Positions 10,131-22,085 of a stretch of DNA of 32,874 nt are shown piece by piece. A program made the translations under genes and the position numbers. The notes below the pieces were generated by a model. That model saw only the letters and a list, made by a program, of their open reading frames with translations, was not told where the DNA came from and searched no databases. Source of the DNA: Welwitschia mirabilis. Its lineage: Eukaryota. Location: positions 18,807,585-18,840,458 of the forward strand of contig JBOZIK010000001.1 of the NCBI GenBank assembly GCA_051453625.1, written 5' to 3'. Numbering within the stretch: position 1 is the stretch's first letter; each line of letters begins with the position of its first letter.

Positions 10131-12329
10131 CTAGTCTAAGAACCTATCTAGGAAAGGAGAAAGAATCTTGATCCATAATATAATGGGTATAGATGTAGTA
10201 TGTAAAAGTATTAAATAAGAAAGGCATTTCATAGATGTATTAACATGTGTTTAAGAACTTTACATGTCTTATAAAGGCCACAAATCCTAGTTCATTAGAG
10301 TTGATTAGGTCACCAGCCTTGGTTGGAATTGCAACCATATCTTATAATACATCCCTAGATCTATTATTTAATTAATTAAGGATGGTATTTGAGGAAACTT
10401 TTGTCTAATCCTATAAATACATGAAATTTCCTTTTGGATCATCCTTTCGAGTATATCACATATTTCATCTAAGAACTAGTTCTGAGACATTCTGCTCATG
10501 CATTATAACTAGTTTGATTACTATAACAGGGACAAACCATTTAGATCATAGATTGGGTTGCATTATGATATATAACTATAATGCCATCCTTGACCCCAAT
10601 TAAATGTGGCTTCCATCCTTATGGTTATTAATAACCTATTTAATCACCAATCAGGCTTACTAAAGTAAGTGTATGGCTAGTTTTGGAATGAAATCCAGTG
10701 ACTACTAGAGCTAGATGAATTTCTAACATGATAGGAGCCAATGGTAATCTGCTACAATTTTGAACAATTATCATCACTTCCAATACTTACATTCTCATGA
10801 TAACAACACAAATGTATGATGAGTGTTAGCATGCTTATTGCTACTTGCAATTAATTTATAATTATAGTGATGAAAAGCACCTATAGTTGAAACTCACCTA
10901 TTTGTTTTAGGATTTTGTTATTGATTGCATGATCTTACTGTAACCATGACAACCTATAGTAAGAAGACAAGAATAGATAGAATATTAAAAATGAAGACTC
11001 TTTACAAATTAGAATGTTTTCTTTTCTATATTTATTTGAATCCATGAAAGCTTATTACGATGGCTGATGAACTAGAATAAGCCAATTTCATGTTTTCAAA
11101 AATATGTTTGTAAATCATTGAATCTTTGTTCTTAATCCATACTTTTGCATATACATCACCATTTGGAATTAATAGAAGTTTCTTAAATATTTTCATTCAA
11201 ATATATCACATGAGATGTATGGTAGTTTTTTAACCATTCTTTCAAGTGTATAAACTTGTCAAGTTGATACTTAAAAACAATCAGGTCATAGGAGAAACAA
11301 AATGGTCTTGAAATTATATATGATTTTGTATAGGGAGAGACATCAAGTGGTATAAAGATTTTGACTAAAATGAAGGATTGATAGCTCGCTTAAAGAGAAG
11401 AGAATTTTCTTTGATTGAAAATTTTGAATTATATCTATTGCAATCTATGTATAACACTTGTTAAATAAAAAAGGAAGCCATGAATTATAGTGTTCTAAAT
11501 CAAACATGTCCTATATGCAAATATCAGCTACTAGAGTGAATCTCAATAAGGATTATACAGGGAGACCTATTCATCTAGAAGTGTTCACTCATAAAGTACT
11601 TAGATTCTATAATGGCATCTAGTGGAGTGTTGTTACTTATGCAACTCTACGGTAGACTAAATACCATGACATTTGTAGTATTATATATGACATTCAAACA
11701 TACATCTTTGCACACATTTAATTAGTTGCTGATTATTACTTTTATATGTGTATTATTTAATATCTCCTCATATCTCTTTCTACCTTGTACTCAAGAATGC
11801 ATACGACCTTCAATTTTTAGGTCTTAACTTAACCTAAAATTTTAAATTCTTGTATTGTCAACGAGAAGGTAGAATCTTTTTAATGCCTTAAAATAAAGAG
11901 TAATGTATAGACATATTATAATTCTTAGAAGCATGCTAAGTCTTAACCTAGTTAATAATATTATTTTTACATGGTTAAAAACTCATAGTTTTATTTGGAT
12001 GGAATATGCATATAGTTATTCTAGATTATGAGACAAGGTTTAGATTACTCTCAATTAATCCCAAAGATCTAGTCCATTTGTTTGAATATATGTTTGCATA
12101 ACATTGGCCTAACCCTAAGCTCTTGTTTATGTTATATATGTAACTTATATAATTATTATAATGCTTTGATTAGGTATTCATTTATTTATTAAAAAAAGTA
12201 ATCTCATCTATAATTTGTCCATTTCCCTCCCTTAGGATAAACATATAACTTAGACTTATTTCACACATTTTATCCTTGACTTGATAAGTGCTATAGTGTA
12301 CATATTAACCTTTAAATGTAAATAGATTA

Positions 12330-12930
12330 TACAAACAGAAGTGTCAGACAGGCATTGAAGAAAGCACACAATCAAGGAGTATAGAGACTTATAATTTAGG
12401 GGTTTAGACTTAAGGAATTCCTACATAACATCTTGGGAGGTGAGTGTTGTAATTTGAAGTGAGAGATGGTTATGATGTAATATTTGATTTATAGTCCAAG
12501 CCTTTTTTTTTTGAGATTGAATGTTTTTTAACTATATGCAAGTAAATTCAATTGTGTTTTTAGAGTTCTTTGCAAAGAAACTACTTAGTCTTTACCTAAC
12601 CTCTCATGAAAGATATGTTAGTTTATAACATTTTACCTAATCTAGTAATCATTATGACTTAGAAAATGGAAAAAGGTGATGTACAACAAAAGAATATTAG
12701 TGAATTTTGGAGTTGATAGACATATATAGTATAACTTTAGAGCCAAATGCAATGAAGTCAAAATGAAGGATGACGGAAGAAGAAAATTATAGAGGCTTGA
12801 TTGTTTAAACTCGAGAGGTGATTGATGTTGTATGTATCATGATGATCAATATTATTGATTAGCAAGCCTGTAGACAACATTCTAATTTATTCAATAATTT
12901 ATATGATGTTGAAGGAAGATAAATTCAACT
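12330..12930 (+). pseudogene. Highly decayed gag remnant and tiny RT remnant of the Gypsy-like element
   Basis: VDNILIYS (12870-12893) resembles Gypsy RT (F)IDDILIYS and is followed by LKEDKF. Upstream fragments EF...(Y)RAKCNEV resemble gag EF..L.Q...Y..KF.EL. No integrase is recognisable before the PPT. Confidence 0.4.
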
Positions 12931-13012
12931 TTGTAAGTACAACTATTAGGAGAATATATAGATGTATTATAGCTCAAGTTTTGAGGATAAAACCTCTTAA
13001 TGGATGGAGTAA

Positions 13013-15004
13013 TATCATGTCTAGATTTTTAAGGTTCAAAGATTTAGCTTAAACATATAATTAAAGTAATTTTATTATTATAGGATCCCTAAGCTAAATT
13101 AGTTATTATACTTATTATTACTATCATTGAAATATATTGTGAAACATTTATGCTACAACTTTTTATTTTAAGTCTTTTCATTTGAATAGTCATACTATTA
13201 TTCTCATTATAAATTCTTAGTAATTAATCATGATCTTTTGTGGCTAAGGTAGTGGTTATAGTTGTGGTCATGTTAGTGAAAAAGTTAATAGTTGCATTAT
13301 TTTCCTCATTTAATTATTGTACTTTTCCTTTATGTAAAAATGCAAATTATAATTATGAGGTGTCTCATTTTTATTCCTTATTCAATAAGTGCATTATTAT
13401 TTATTATGATGAAATATTATGCACCTCGTGGCCCAATAAGATAATAGAATCCCCATCACTTCCACAACTTCCACCATCTCCACCACTTCCACCACCTTCA
13501 CCACTTCCACCACTTTTACCACACCACTTTCACCACCTTCACCACTCTCTTTTATGATGGTATCTCTTTACATCCTACATTCTCTATTATAAATAGGGCC
13601 TTTTATCCTCATATTTCATATCTTGAGAAAGCTCTTACTATCGAATCTTATGACCTTAATGTTGGAGCTTAGAAAAGCCTTAGAGTCTTAGAGCCTTGGA
13701 ATCTCTAGAGTTCTCAAATATTCTTTTATTTTCAAGCATGATTTATGGCTTAATCTAATTTCTTATATGGTTTATGATTTAAGTCTATTTGTTATATATT
13801 TTTTCTTACTTCTTGCATTCCTTTCCATTATATGGTTTATGGTTTAAGTCTATCTCTTATATATTCTTTGCTTACTTCTTACATTCCTTTCCATTTATTA
13901 TGCTTGCATTCCTTAAAAGCTTGTTTATTATTTCACATATTGTTTGAAATCTTATAAGTTCTATTCATTAATCATATGTCATGCATTATGATTTGCTTAG
14001 GATTCTTCCATTTCAAACCTTCCCATAATGATTTGAGCTAGTGATCATTTTTTGACCTATAATTGATATATTCTAGATTGCTAAAAAGGTTTATCTAGAG
14101 ATTAAAGGAGTGAAAATGATTCCCTCTAGATGTGTTGATTAGATTCTAATAATTCCTCCAGAAAGCAAAGGAATAAATTATTCCCTCTGGTGATGTGTGC
14201 ATCCAAATTTTTGTCAATTTGTATGAGATCTTGGTCACATAATGCAATGCATTTGGATGGTTTGGTAGTACCTCTTAGATTGTTTGGCATCACACTCTTA
14301 GATTCTGTTGATTGGAATAGTGTGTACTCAAATTTTATTAGATGTACAATCTTTAATGGTGCATTATTGGATTACTAGAACTTGAATACTACAATCTTAG
14401 ACTATTAAGACTTGGATTATCATTCTATATTGCTTATGGATCCCAAAGTTTGGTTTTCTATACTAGTATATTTTAGACTTGGATGTGTTTCATGTGCATT
14501 ATTTACTCACATGCAGTGGCTATATCCTTTGAGTTTTTATCATCTTTCTTTCCACCCTTCATTGCCTAGGCCATACTAGGGATTATGATGATTTCATAAT
14601 TCCCATACCATATTATTTGTGTAGGTTTATATTTTGGCATGAATTCTGGTCATTGAAAAAGAAGTACTTGTTAATAATGTCTTGGGATATATTTTCTACT
14701 TATTTTATGCTTTATGCACTTAAGGTTATAACATGTGAAATATTGTTATTGTAAATTTTCTATGAATGTTATGTAAACTTTGAAACTCTCCTATTATCCT
14801 ATGAAATTATTTTAAATTTTACCTATTCTTAATCATGTTATTATCATGCTATAATTTTTTCTCTATAGTTACATTTTTGTATTAGATCGAGATTTCCTTA
14901 AAACATAAGAAATTTTTAATTTAGTGTATAATCTTGATGAGAAACTTGAAAACATTACATTAAGTAACATTCATAGTTTTGGGTTAAAAAATAGAATGTT
15001 TGTA
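13013..15004 (+). repeat. Gypsy-like 3' LTR (~1.99 kb)
   Basis: Colinear with 5456-7377 and longer because of a 65-bp tandem duplication (13764-13893). Preceded by a purine tract. Confidence 0.92.
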
Positions 15005-15009
15005 ATCAT

Positions 15010-18000
15010 GCCCTTGGAGCTTACTTCAATCCATATAGGGTACTTTCAACTTAAAAATCTTATGCTCTTGGCCTTTGATAACATATACTCTAGGCTAAAA
15101 AATATATACCTCCTCTTCTAAGTAATCATTCAAGAATGCACTATTACATCCATTTGATACAGCTTGTATCCACCATGTATTGCTAATGAAATCATCAATT
15201 TAATTGTTTCGAACAATATCTTTTCATAATCAATGTGTTTCTTTTGTTTATAGCTTCCTACTAATCTTGCCTTGTAACCATTGGCATTACAATTTTCATC
15301 TAATTTTGTTTTATAAATCCATTTTGAATCAATTTTATTCTTACCTTTTGGCCTTCTAACAATCTTCCATGTATCATTCTTTATAATGGATTCCATTTCT
15401 TTATTTATTGCCTTGTTCCAAATTGAAAATGAAATTACTTTATCAAATGAATTTGGCTCACTTACTAATGCTGACTAAGCAACACGAGAATAGTTAACTT
15501 ATTATAAACCTTCTATTGAAATCTTGATTAAGCATTTGAATTGGAGGATGGTCTCTTAAAAATTTTAATAAAGTTTATGGTTGATTGGAGGTGACTTTTG
15601 ACTATTCATTATCTTCTTCATCCATGAAGTGCCCAAGCCCAAATGTGAATTTATCACACTTTACATCCCTTGAAATGAAGTATTTGTGGCTAATAGATTC
15701 AAAACAATGGTATGTACAACATCTGATATCATGACAAACAAAAATGAATTTTTTACTTCTTGCATATAATTTTGATGTTAATTGATTTGGAATGGATACC
15801 CAACATATATTGCCAAATATTTTTAAATGAGATAGCATTGATGCTCTTTTAAAAATAAGAACATAAGGTGTCTTATCTTGGTTGGCTGATGTAATAACTC
15901 TATTAAGAAGATAAGTTGTTGTTGTAATAGCATCACCCCAATATGTCTTTGATAACTTGACTTGAAAAAGCAAACATCTAATCATTTCTTGTAATATGCC
16001 ATTTTTCCTTTTTGTAATGCCATATTTGAGGAGAATATTCAAATGTGATCTGTTTTTGAATATTACTTCATTATAAAACTATACAAACTCTCCATTTACA
16101 AATTCACCATCTTCATCACTCCTAATACTTTGATTTTTGTGTTTAATTAATTTTCAACATTGTCCTTGAAATATTCGAAAGTGGAGAAAGCCTTAGCTTT
16201 GGAATTTAATAAGAAAGACCAAGCATACCTTGAATAATCATCCATAATAATCATAAATTACCTAAAGCCATTGAATGTAGAAGCTTACATTGGTCTATCC
16301 ATGTAAACCAACTCTAATGGTTGTGTCTTTCTCTCCATTCTGCTATTATGACAACTTGCCTGTTATTTGTCTTTAATGCATGTTTTACATATTTCATTTG
16401 GAATGAAAGATCATTTTATTTTTAACACAATTTGCTCTTTTATCATCTTCATAATATTTTGATATGTTCAATGGAAAAAAATCTCATATGCCATATAATT
16501 GAATCATCTTTAATCAAAAAAGATGTAGTAATTAATTCTGATCTTTCTTATTCTTGTTGTTCACCTAAGACAATTAATGGATAAATTTGATTTTGCAATA
16601 TTTTTAGATTATATGTAATGCCTTGATTATCTCTAATTTTGCAACTAGTTTCATCAAATAAAACTTTAATTCCTTGTAACACCATTTGTCCAATAGAAAA
16701 AAGAGAATTAGACAACTTTGGCACATAAAAAACATCATGCACATTAATATACCTACTGCCATTTAAGGTGAGCTTGACATCATGAATGCCTTTCACTTTA
16801 ATGAATGCACCATCTCCCACTTTAATGGAAAGTAAATCTATGGATCTAAAATTTTAAAACATTTCTCCATAAGATGTCATGTGATTGGAACAACCACTAT
16901 CCATAATCAATGTAGAAGAATTAAGAGGTTTTGTAGTGATCATAGCTAAAAAATTTTAAGGGCCTCTTTCAATGCCTTTTCCTTATCATTTGCACTTATG
17001 ATGAAGTTGAGACATCATCATCTCATGAATTAGATGTATTTTTTTCATTTGTTAAGAATGAAAAGCCAATCTTCCACCAACGTTTGTCTTCAGTGTATCT
17101 CAGGTTTTTATAATTTGTGCACCAAACATAACTTTACTTTTGATTTGAAGGTTGTCCATATGATGAAGAGTTATTAGAACAAAAAGTTTCTCTTCCTCTC
17201 AAATTATGTTGTCTTTAACCTCTTGGATTTGGACCTCTTCCTCTTTGTTGTCCTCTAAAATTTTGATTGTTACCTCTAAAGTTCTAAAAGTTTTATGTCT
17301 CTTGCCCTCCTTGGATTTGATAATTTGCTCTTTCTCTACCTCTTTAATCTTTTCCTCTTCTACCATGCTGATTTCTTGCTACAAAGTTATTATTATTTGA
17401 GCTATTATATATTTTCAAATCCTCTAAGATCTTTAATTGAGTAACTAACTCATTAATTGTGTCAGCATTGAGATCTTTGTTTTGGAGAGTGATCTTCATG
17501 CATTGTTTATATCTATGATCATTATAGAATACCCAAATCAACTTATTAATCTTTTGTCTGGAACTAAGTCTATAATCATATTCATTTAAATTTCATAAGG
17601 TTGTATAGATTATATGAAGAAAATGATTAAGTGATTCACCTCTTTGAATATAAAGATCATTAAATTCCTTTTTATACCTTATTTATTTAATATGTTTGGT
17701 TTGAACTGTGTCTTTAAATTTTGATTGAAGTTGATCCCAATATTTATTTGATGTTCTTTGATAATTATTAATATACTAATCACTTCTGATATTGAAGTGC
17801 ATATTATTATTTTATCTAGTGCATTTACCTTTTGATTTGAATCATGTTTTCTCTTTTGTTCTCTATTCAACACATCCAAATTTGAAGGAGAAAGAAATCC
17901 ATTTTCTACAACATTCCAACACTCATTGATTTGTAATAAGGATTTCATCAAATAAGACCAGCATGAGAAATCTTGTAAACCATTGAAGATAATAGAGCAT

Positions 18001-18020
18001 TTTGGAATTTCCTTTGCCAT
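15010..18020 (-). pseudogene. gag-pol: Copia gag-pol N-terminal part: gag, zinc knuckle, protease, integrase, RT N-terminus (degenerate)
   Basis: gag FNGLQDFSCWSYLMKSLLQINECWNVVENG (17679-18020). Decayed CCHC knuckle ~17075-17130. Protease IMDSGCSNHMT ~16876-16907. HDVFYVPKLSNSLFSIGQ. Integrase YWGDAITTTTYLLNR..TPY...SKL (15602-16042). RT NDTWKIV...KWIYKTK...YKARLV and LYGLK*APRA. Confidence 0.92.
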
Positions 18021-18107
18021 GACTTTAAATAATGAATTAAAACAAACTTGCTTTCAATGAAGAAATATCGATAGACCTGGATTTTAAAATGATCTATCAA
18101 TTTTTAT

Positions 18108-18119
18108 GCTCTGATACCA
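18108..18119 (-). other. Primer-binding site (tRNA-iMet) of the Copia element
   Basis: Perfect TGGTATCAGAGC on minus, 3 nt from the 5' LTR end. Confidence 0.92.
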
Positions 18120-18122
18120 CTT

Positions 18123-19248
18123 TGTTAATATAACTTGGTAAGCCTAGTTGATTTAGGTTGATTTGAATCGAAGATGTCTTTAATATTGAAAGATGTCTAT
18201 AGGATACATAAATGTCTTTGACCTATTAGAAGTCTTTCCTAAGTTCAATGAATTGACAGAAGGCATCTTTGAAGCGTTAGATGTTAATCTTGGAAGTTCT
18301 ATTCTCTATAATTAAATTTTGGTTATATAAAGATGTCTTTAAAATTGGTAGACATCTATCCTTTTAATGACTTAAAAATTGAGTTATGTGAAGACATATT
18401 TAAGGATGAAAGACATCTATTTCATGGATCATAGATGTCTATCTTTTGAAATATGTCTATCCTTTAAGTCAGTTTTGAAATAGGGTTTATAAAATACTGA
18501 AATGAAGTTCTAATGATGAAATTTAAAGGCTAAATCATCTACTATCATGTTTAGAACAAATATGATACTTCAAAAGTGAATTTTAAATCCTAAAAAACAT
18601 CATTCTTTCATGATCTTTAATCAAATATAAAAATATTTTCTTCTTTTTATAAAATGATACAAAGAATCTTCAAATGATCAAATCCTTTAAGAAATCTTCA
18701 AATATCATTAACATTTCACTAATTTTCACAAGTATCAGTTTGAATCTTTCTTATTAGATGATATGAACTCTTATTTCATCAAAATAACCTGATATTAAAC
18801 AAATCTCAATGTATTTAAACATTTAATAAACTTATAATTGAAGTATAAAATATGATCAAGCTAAATTCACTTAAGCTACTAAAACATCTATTGTTATTGA
18901 AGCTTATTAAAGTATAAATGGAGAACTTATTAATTTTCAAGCATTGAATTAAGTATCAAGCATAAAATGGAGCACACTAAAATGAGTCTTCAATTTGGCA
19001 AAATTGTATTCATCTCTTCAAGAGGTGTTAAGCTTTGTTAAGTTGTGCCTATTTACATGCTTTTATACTTGAAGTGAATGAAATTCCATTCCACCTCACT
19101 AATGTGAGATAAATCCATTTTATTTTTCTAAAAACATAATTTGACACAATATAGAAAATGAACCTATCTAATTACTTAACACTAAGGCACATAGGATAAA
19201 CAACATGTACAACATTATGCTAGTCACATCAAACCACATAATATGACA
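18123..19248 (-). repeat. Copia 5' LTR (~1.13 kb)
   Basis: TG...CA termini (tgttaata ... atatgaca). Direct repeat of 3223-4366. Confidence 0.93.
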
Positions 19249-19253
19249 TATAA

Positions 19254-19941
19254 TCTAAGAGGTGTCTTTCATAGGTAGACATCTTCAATTTGATAAATCT
19301 CTTTCATGTGATGATTTTTACTTTAATAGACATCTTCTATACACTTACCCAAATTCCATGAGTTTCAAACTAATGTTTCTTTAGCTCTATGGAATTAAGA
19401 ATTTAGGATGCAAACTTGCTTGAATCCCTAAAGAATAAATCGATCATTATTATCATCTTATTGACATGAACTGACTTCTATCACCTACTTCAATTCAACA
19501 TAAATATCTTTCATATGATAGACATCTTTCATTAGTGCATTTAGTATGAATATCTTTCTATTGATAGATGTCCTTATTTTATTTTTAGTTTATTTTCAAT
19601 ATAGATGTACTTCATCTTGTAGATGTATTTTTTCCTATTTCAAGTTTAGTATCAGTGTAGATGTCTTCCATCATATAGACATATTTCTAATGAATGTCTT
19701 TTACATTGCAGATGTCTATTGTCAACTTTGTCCAATCTTTATGAACTCTAAACTAAATCATACCTAGCATTAAATCTTTTGAATGAATCTATTAACTACC
19801 TCAAACATTTATTTTACTAATTAGTTATCCTTATTTACATTTGAAGTGTATTGCTAAACTAAGAGATATCATTAATATCTTATTTGCACATTAGAAACAT
19901 TGCATTCGACAAGTGTAATTATTAAAACTAGGATTTTATCA
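19254..19941 (-). mobile_element. Older Sirevirus-like LTR remnant (host of the Copia insertion; continues at ~2890-3217)
   Basis: About 14 AGA(T/C)(G/A)TCT-type motifs at 19260-19720. The terminus on minus, TGATAAAATCCTAGTTTTAATAAT, resembles Sirevirus LTR starts TGTT...TTTTGATGAT. The motif continues left of the TSD (tagacgttt at 3210). Confidence 0.5.
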
Positions 19942-22085
19942 ATATTAAGCTTCATCAAAGCTCACTCATGGTAACATATTCACATTCATCATATGAGTTT
20001 TAGTGAATAGCTCAAGTTCTCTTAGCTCTAATAGCATACCTGTATAAGCATAAAAAGTATGATGTAATTACCAATGATTATTAAACATCAGTATAAACTA
20101 TGAACTAAGATGTAAACATGAAGAAATCACTTAGAAATAATATAAAGCTAAATATCTTTTAGTACAACAACAATCAGAACAAGTATGTAAATCATCCACA
20201 CTTGCTATTAAAAAGATTGCATCAAAGGTTAACTACTATTTCTTCAACTTATCAAAAGAATTAAAGGTATGTCATTAGCCATACCTAAAATCAAAAGATT
20301 AAATCTAGCAATAGTATATTTTATTAATAAAATAGATTAAAGCTACAATAAATAAATAGAAAATATTAAGCTATAACTAAAATGTTATTCTAGCTTTAAG
20401 GGCTAGTCCCTTATAAGAGAATTATTTAGAAAGAGATATAGAAAGCATCAACATTATCATGAGCTCTAATGGGATTAATCCCTTTCCACACATTAAAGAT
20501 GTTAGAAAGTAGGGTACATAGACATTTTTATAAAGAAAGTTGGGCTTTAGTTGGTTGGGATTCTTTATCCTTTTGTATTAGGCAAGGTGGTTTAAATTCT
20601 TCATCTTCTAGTATTTAGTGAGATGGCTGGCATTTCATCTTGTAGTCTTTGGTATCTTCTTTAAAAAATAAAATGGATTGTCATGATAAGTTCAACACAT
20701 GAACTTTAGAGTAGGATAGAGTAGGATTCCTTTACCAAGTAGTGCCATGACCACATGTCTTCAATACCATTATTTTTTTGTGTGGAATTGACCCATCTTT
20801 ATACATGCACTCCAAAACATAGCTAGAATCCTGAAAAAATAATGGATAAAAGCATAAAATCAAGTATGACATCAAAAAGAATAGAAGACATGTTTTATGA
20901 TTGAAACAATTATCTTCATCTATAATAAATTAGTCTAAAATGCTTAATATAAATGTCAATATTTATATGTTAGAAAGTAGTTAATAAATAGTTTCATAGG
21001 AATACCACCATCCAAGATAAGAGGCATCTCATGTAGATAAGTAATTAACTAAGCTAGTCACGATATATCTATTGTATTTCATGGAAGAATTTAAATGTGA
21101 TTTGAAATAACAGAAGCTAGACTTAATTTAATTACATGTAACTAATTTATTTTTCTAACTAATAATGAAAATAAATTAAGTAAATTGAAATATCATCATG
21201 AAGAAAAGTAAAATAAATAATTTATTTTAATGTTCATATGCATAAATTAATAAATAAATAAGTAACATCAATTCTATAAAGTTAATAACCTATCAGGCTA
21301 TTAATAATATATTCAATTACAAAGTAGAATTAACATAAATATATCCACTAATAAAGCAATGAATGGATTGTATACCATAGAACAAAAGAAAGATAATAAC
21401 AATTTAAGTTAGAAATTATACTGCCTACATTTAAAGTTTATAGGAATAAAATAAGTGGAATGGAATAAAGTCAACTTGTGCACTTGAAAATTACTCTTAC
21501 ATTTTAATTAACCTTGTAATAATAAAAACAAAATAAGGAGGAAATAATAATTAAGTAAAGAACTTAGTTCAAATGTATGCTAGTTTAATTTATAAATAAA
21601 CCTTAAATGTCTTTCGTGTTAAAAAAATAACTTAAAGAAAAAGTGTATTTGAAATCAAAATTTATTATAGAGGAAATGGAATTACGAGTAGAATTAGACT
21701 AAGTTCTCTAAATCAGTAATGTAATTGCCTCTTTTACATTGGAAATGAATTATATCTATAATGAAATTTACAAGGTTAAGTTGAGAAAATTACAAATGAA
21801 ATTAGTTTTAAGCCAAATTGTGATAGAAGGTAATGAAAGTAATAATTAATTTATCATTCAAATTTTCTTTTAAAATTCCTCATTGTTTCCTTTATAATGC
21901 TTGTCTCCTTGGCTTCTCTTATATTCATGTGATAAATGTAAAACACTTGTTTCCTTTTTAATGAAAGTAATTTCAAATGCATGCCTCTATTTATCTATTA
22001 TCATTACTATGCAATAAATCTAAAATACCTATCTCCTTGTCTTTTATCATCAATTAATGATAAAATGGTTTAGTTACTTCTTCTT

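Larger units (their letters stand above)
5456..15004 (+). mobile_element. Non-autonomous (pol-deleted) Ty3/Gypsy, Tekay/Del-like LTR element nested in the Copia RT
   Basis: LTRs 5456-7377 and 13013-15004. Degenerate PBS TGATATTAGAGC 7381-7392. PPT ~12999-13012 preceded by aagttttgaggataaaac, similar to the Tekay-type AATTTCGAGGACGAAA motif. TSD ACCCT (5451-5455) / ATCAT (15005-15009), consensus ACCAT. Removing the element restores Copia RT APRAWFKRI. Confidence 0.88.
3223..19248 (-). mobile_element. Complete but degenerate Ty1/Copia LTR retrotransposon, interrupted by a nested Gypsy-like element
   Basis: Paired LTRs 3223-4366 and 18123-19248. PBS 18108-18119 and PPT 4367-4377. Domain order gag-PR-INT-RT-RH on minus. 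5-bp TSD TGTAA (3218-3222) / TATAA (19249-19253). Confidence 0.93.

Noticed and set aside
13240..13557. Proline/histidine-rich ORF resembling an extensin
   Set aside because: It is the translation of a CCA-rich tract inside the LTR. The equivalent frame in the other LTR stops at 5885.
19950..22069. AT-rich stretch that may be an old LTR or DNA transposon remnant
   Set aside because: I could not identify termini, a TSD or coding motifs.
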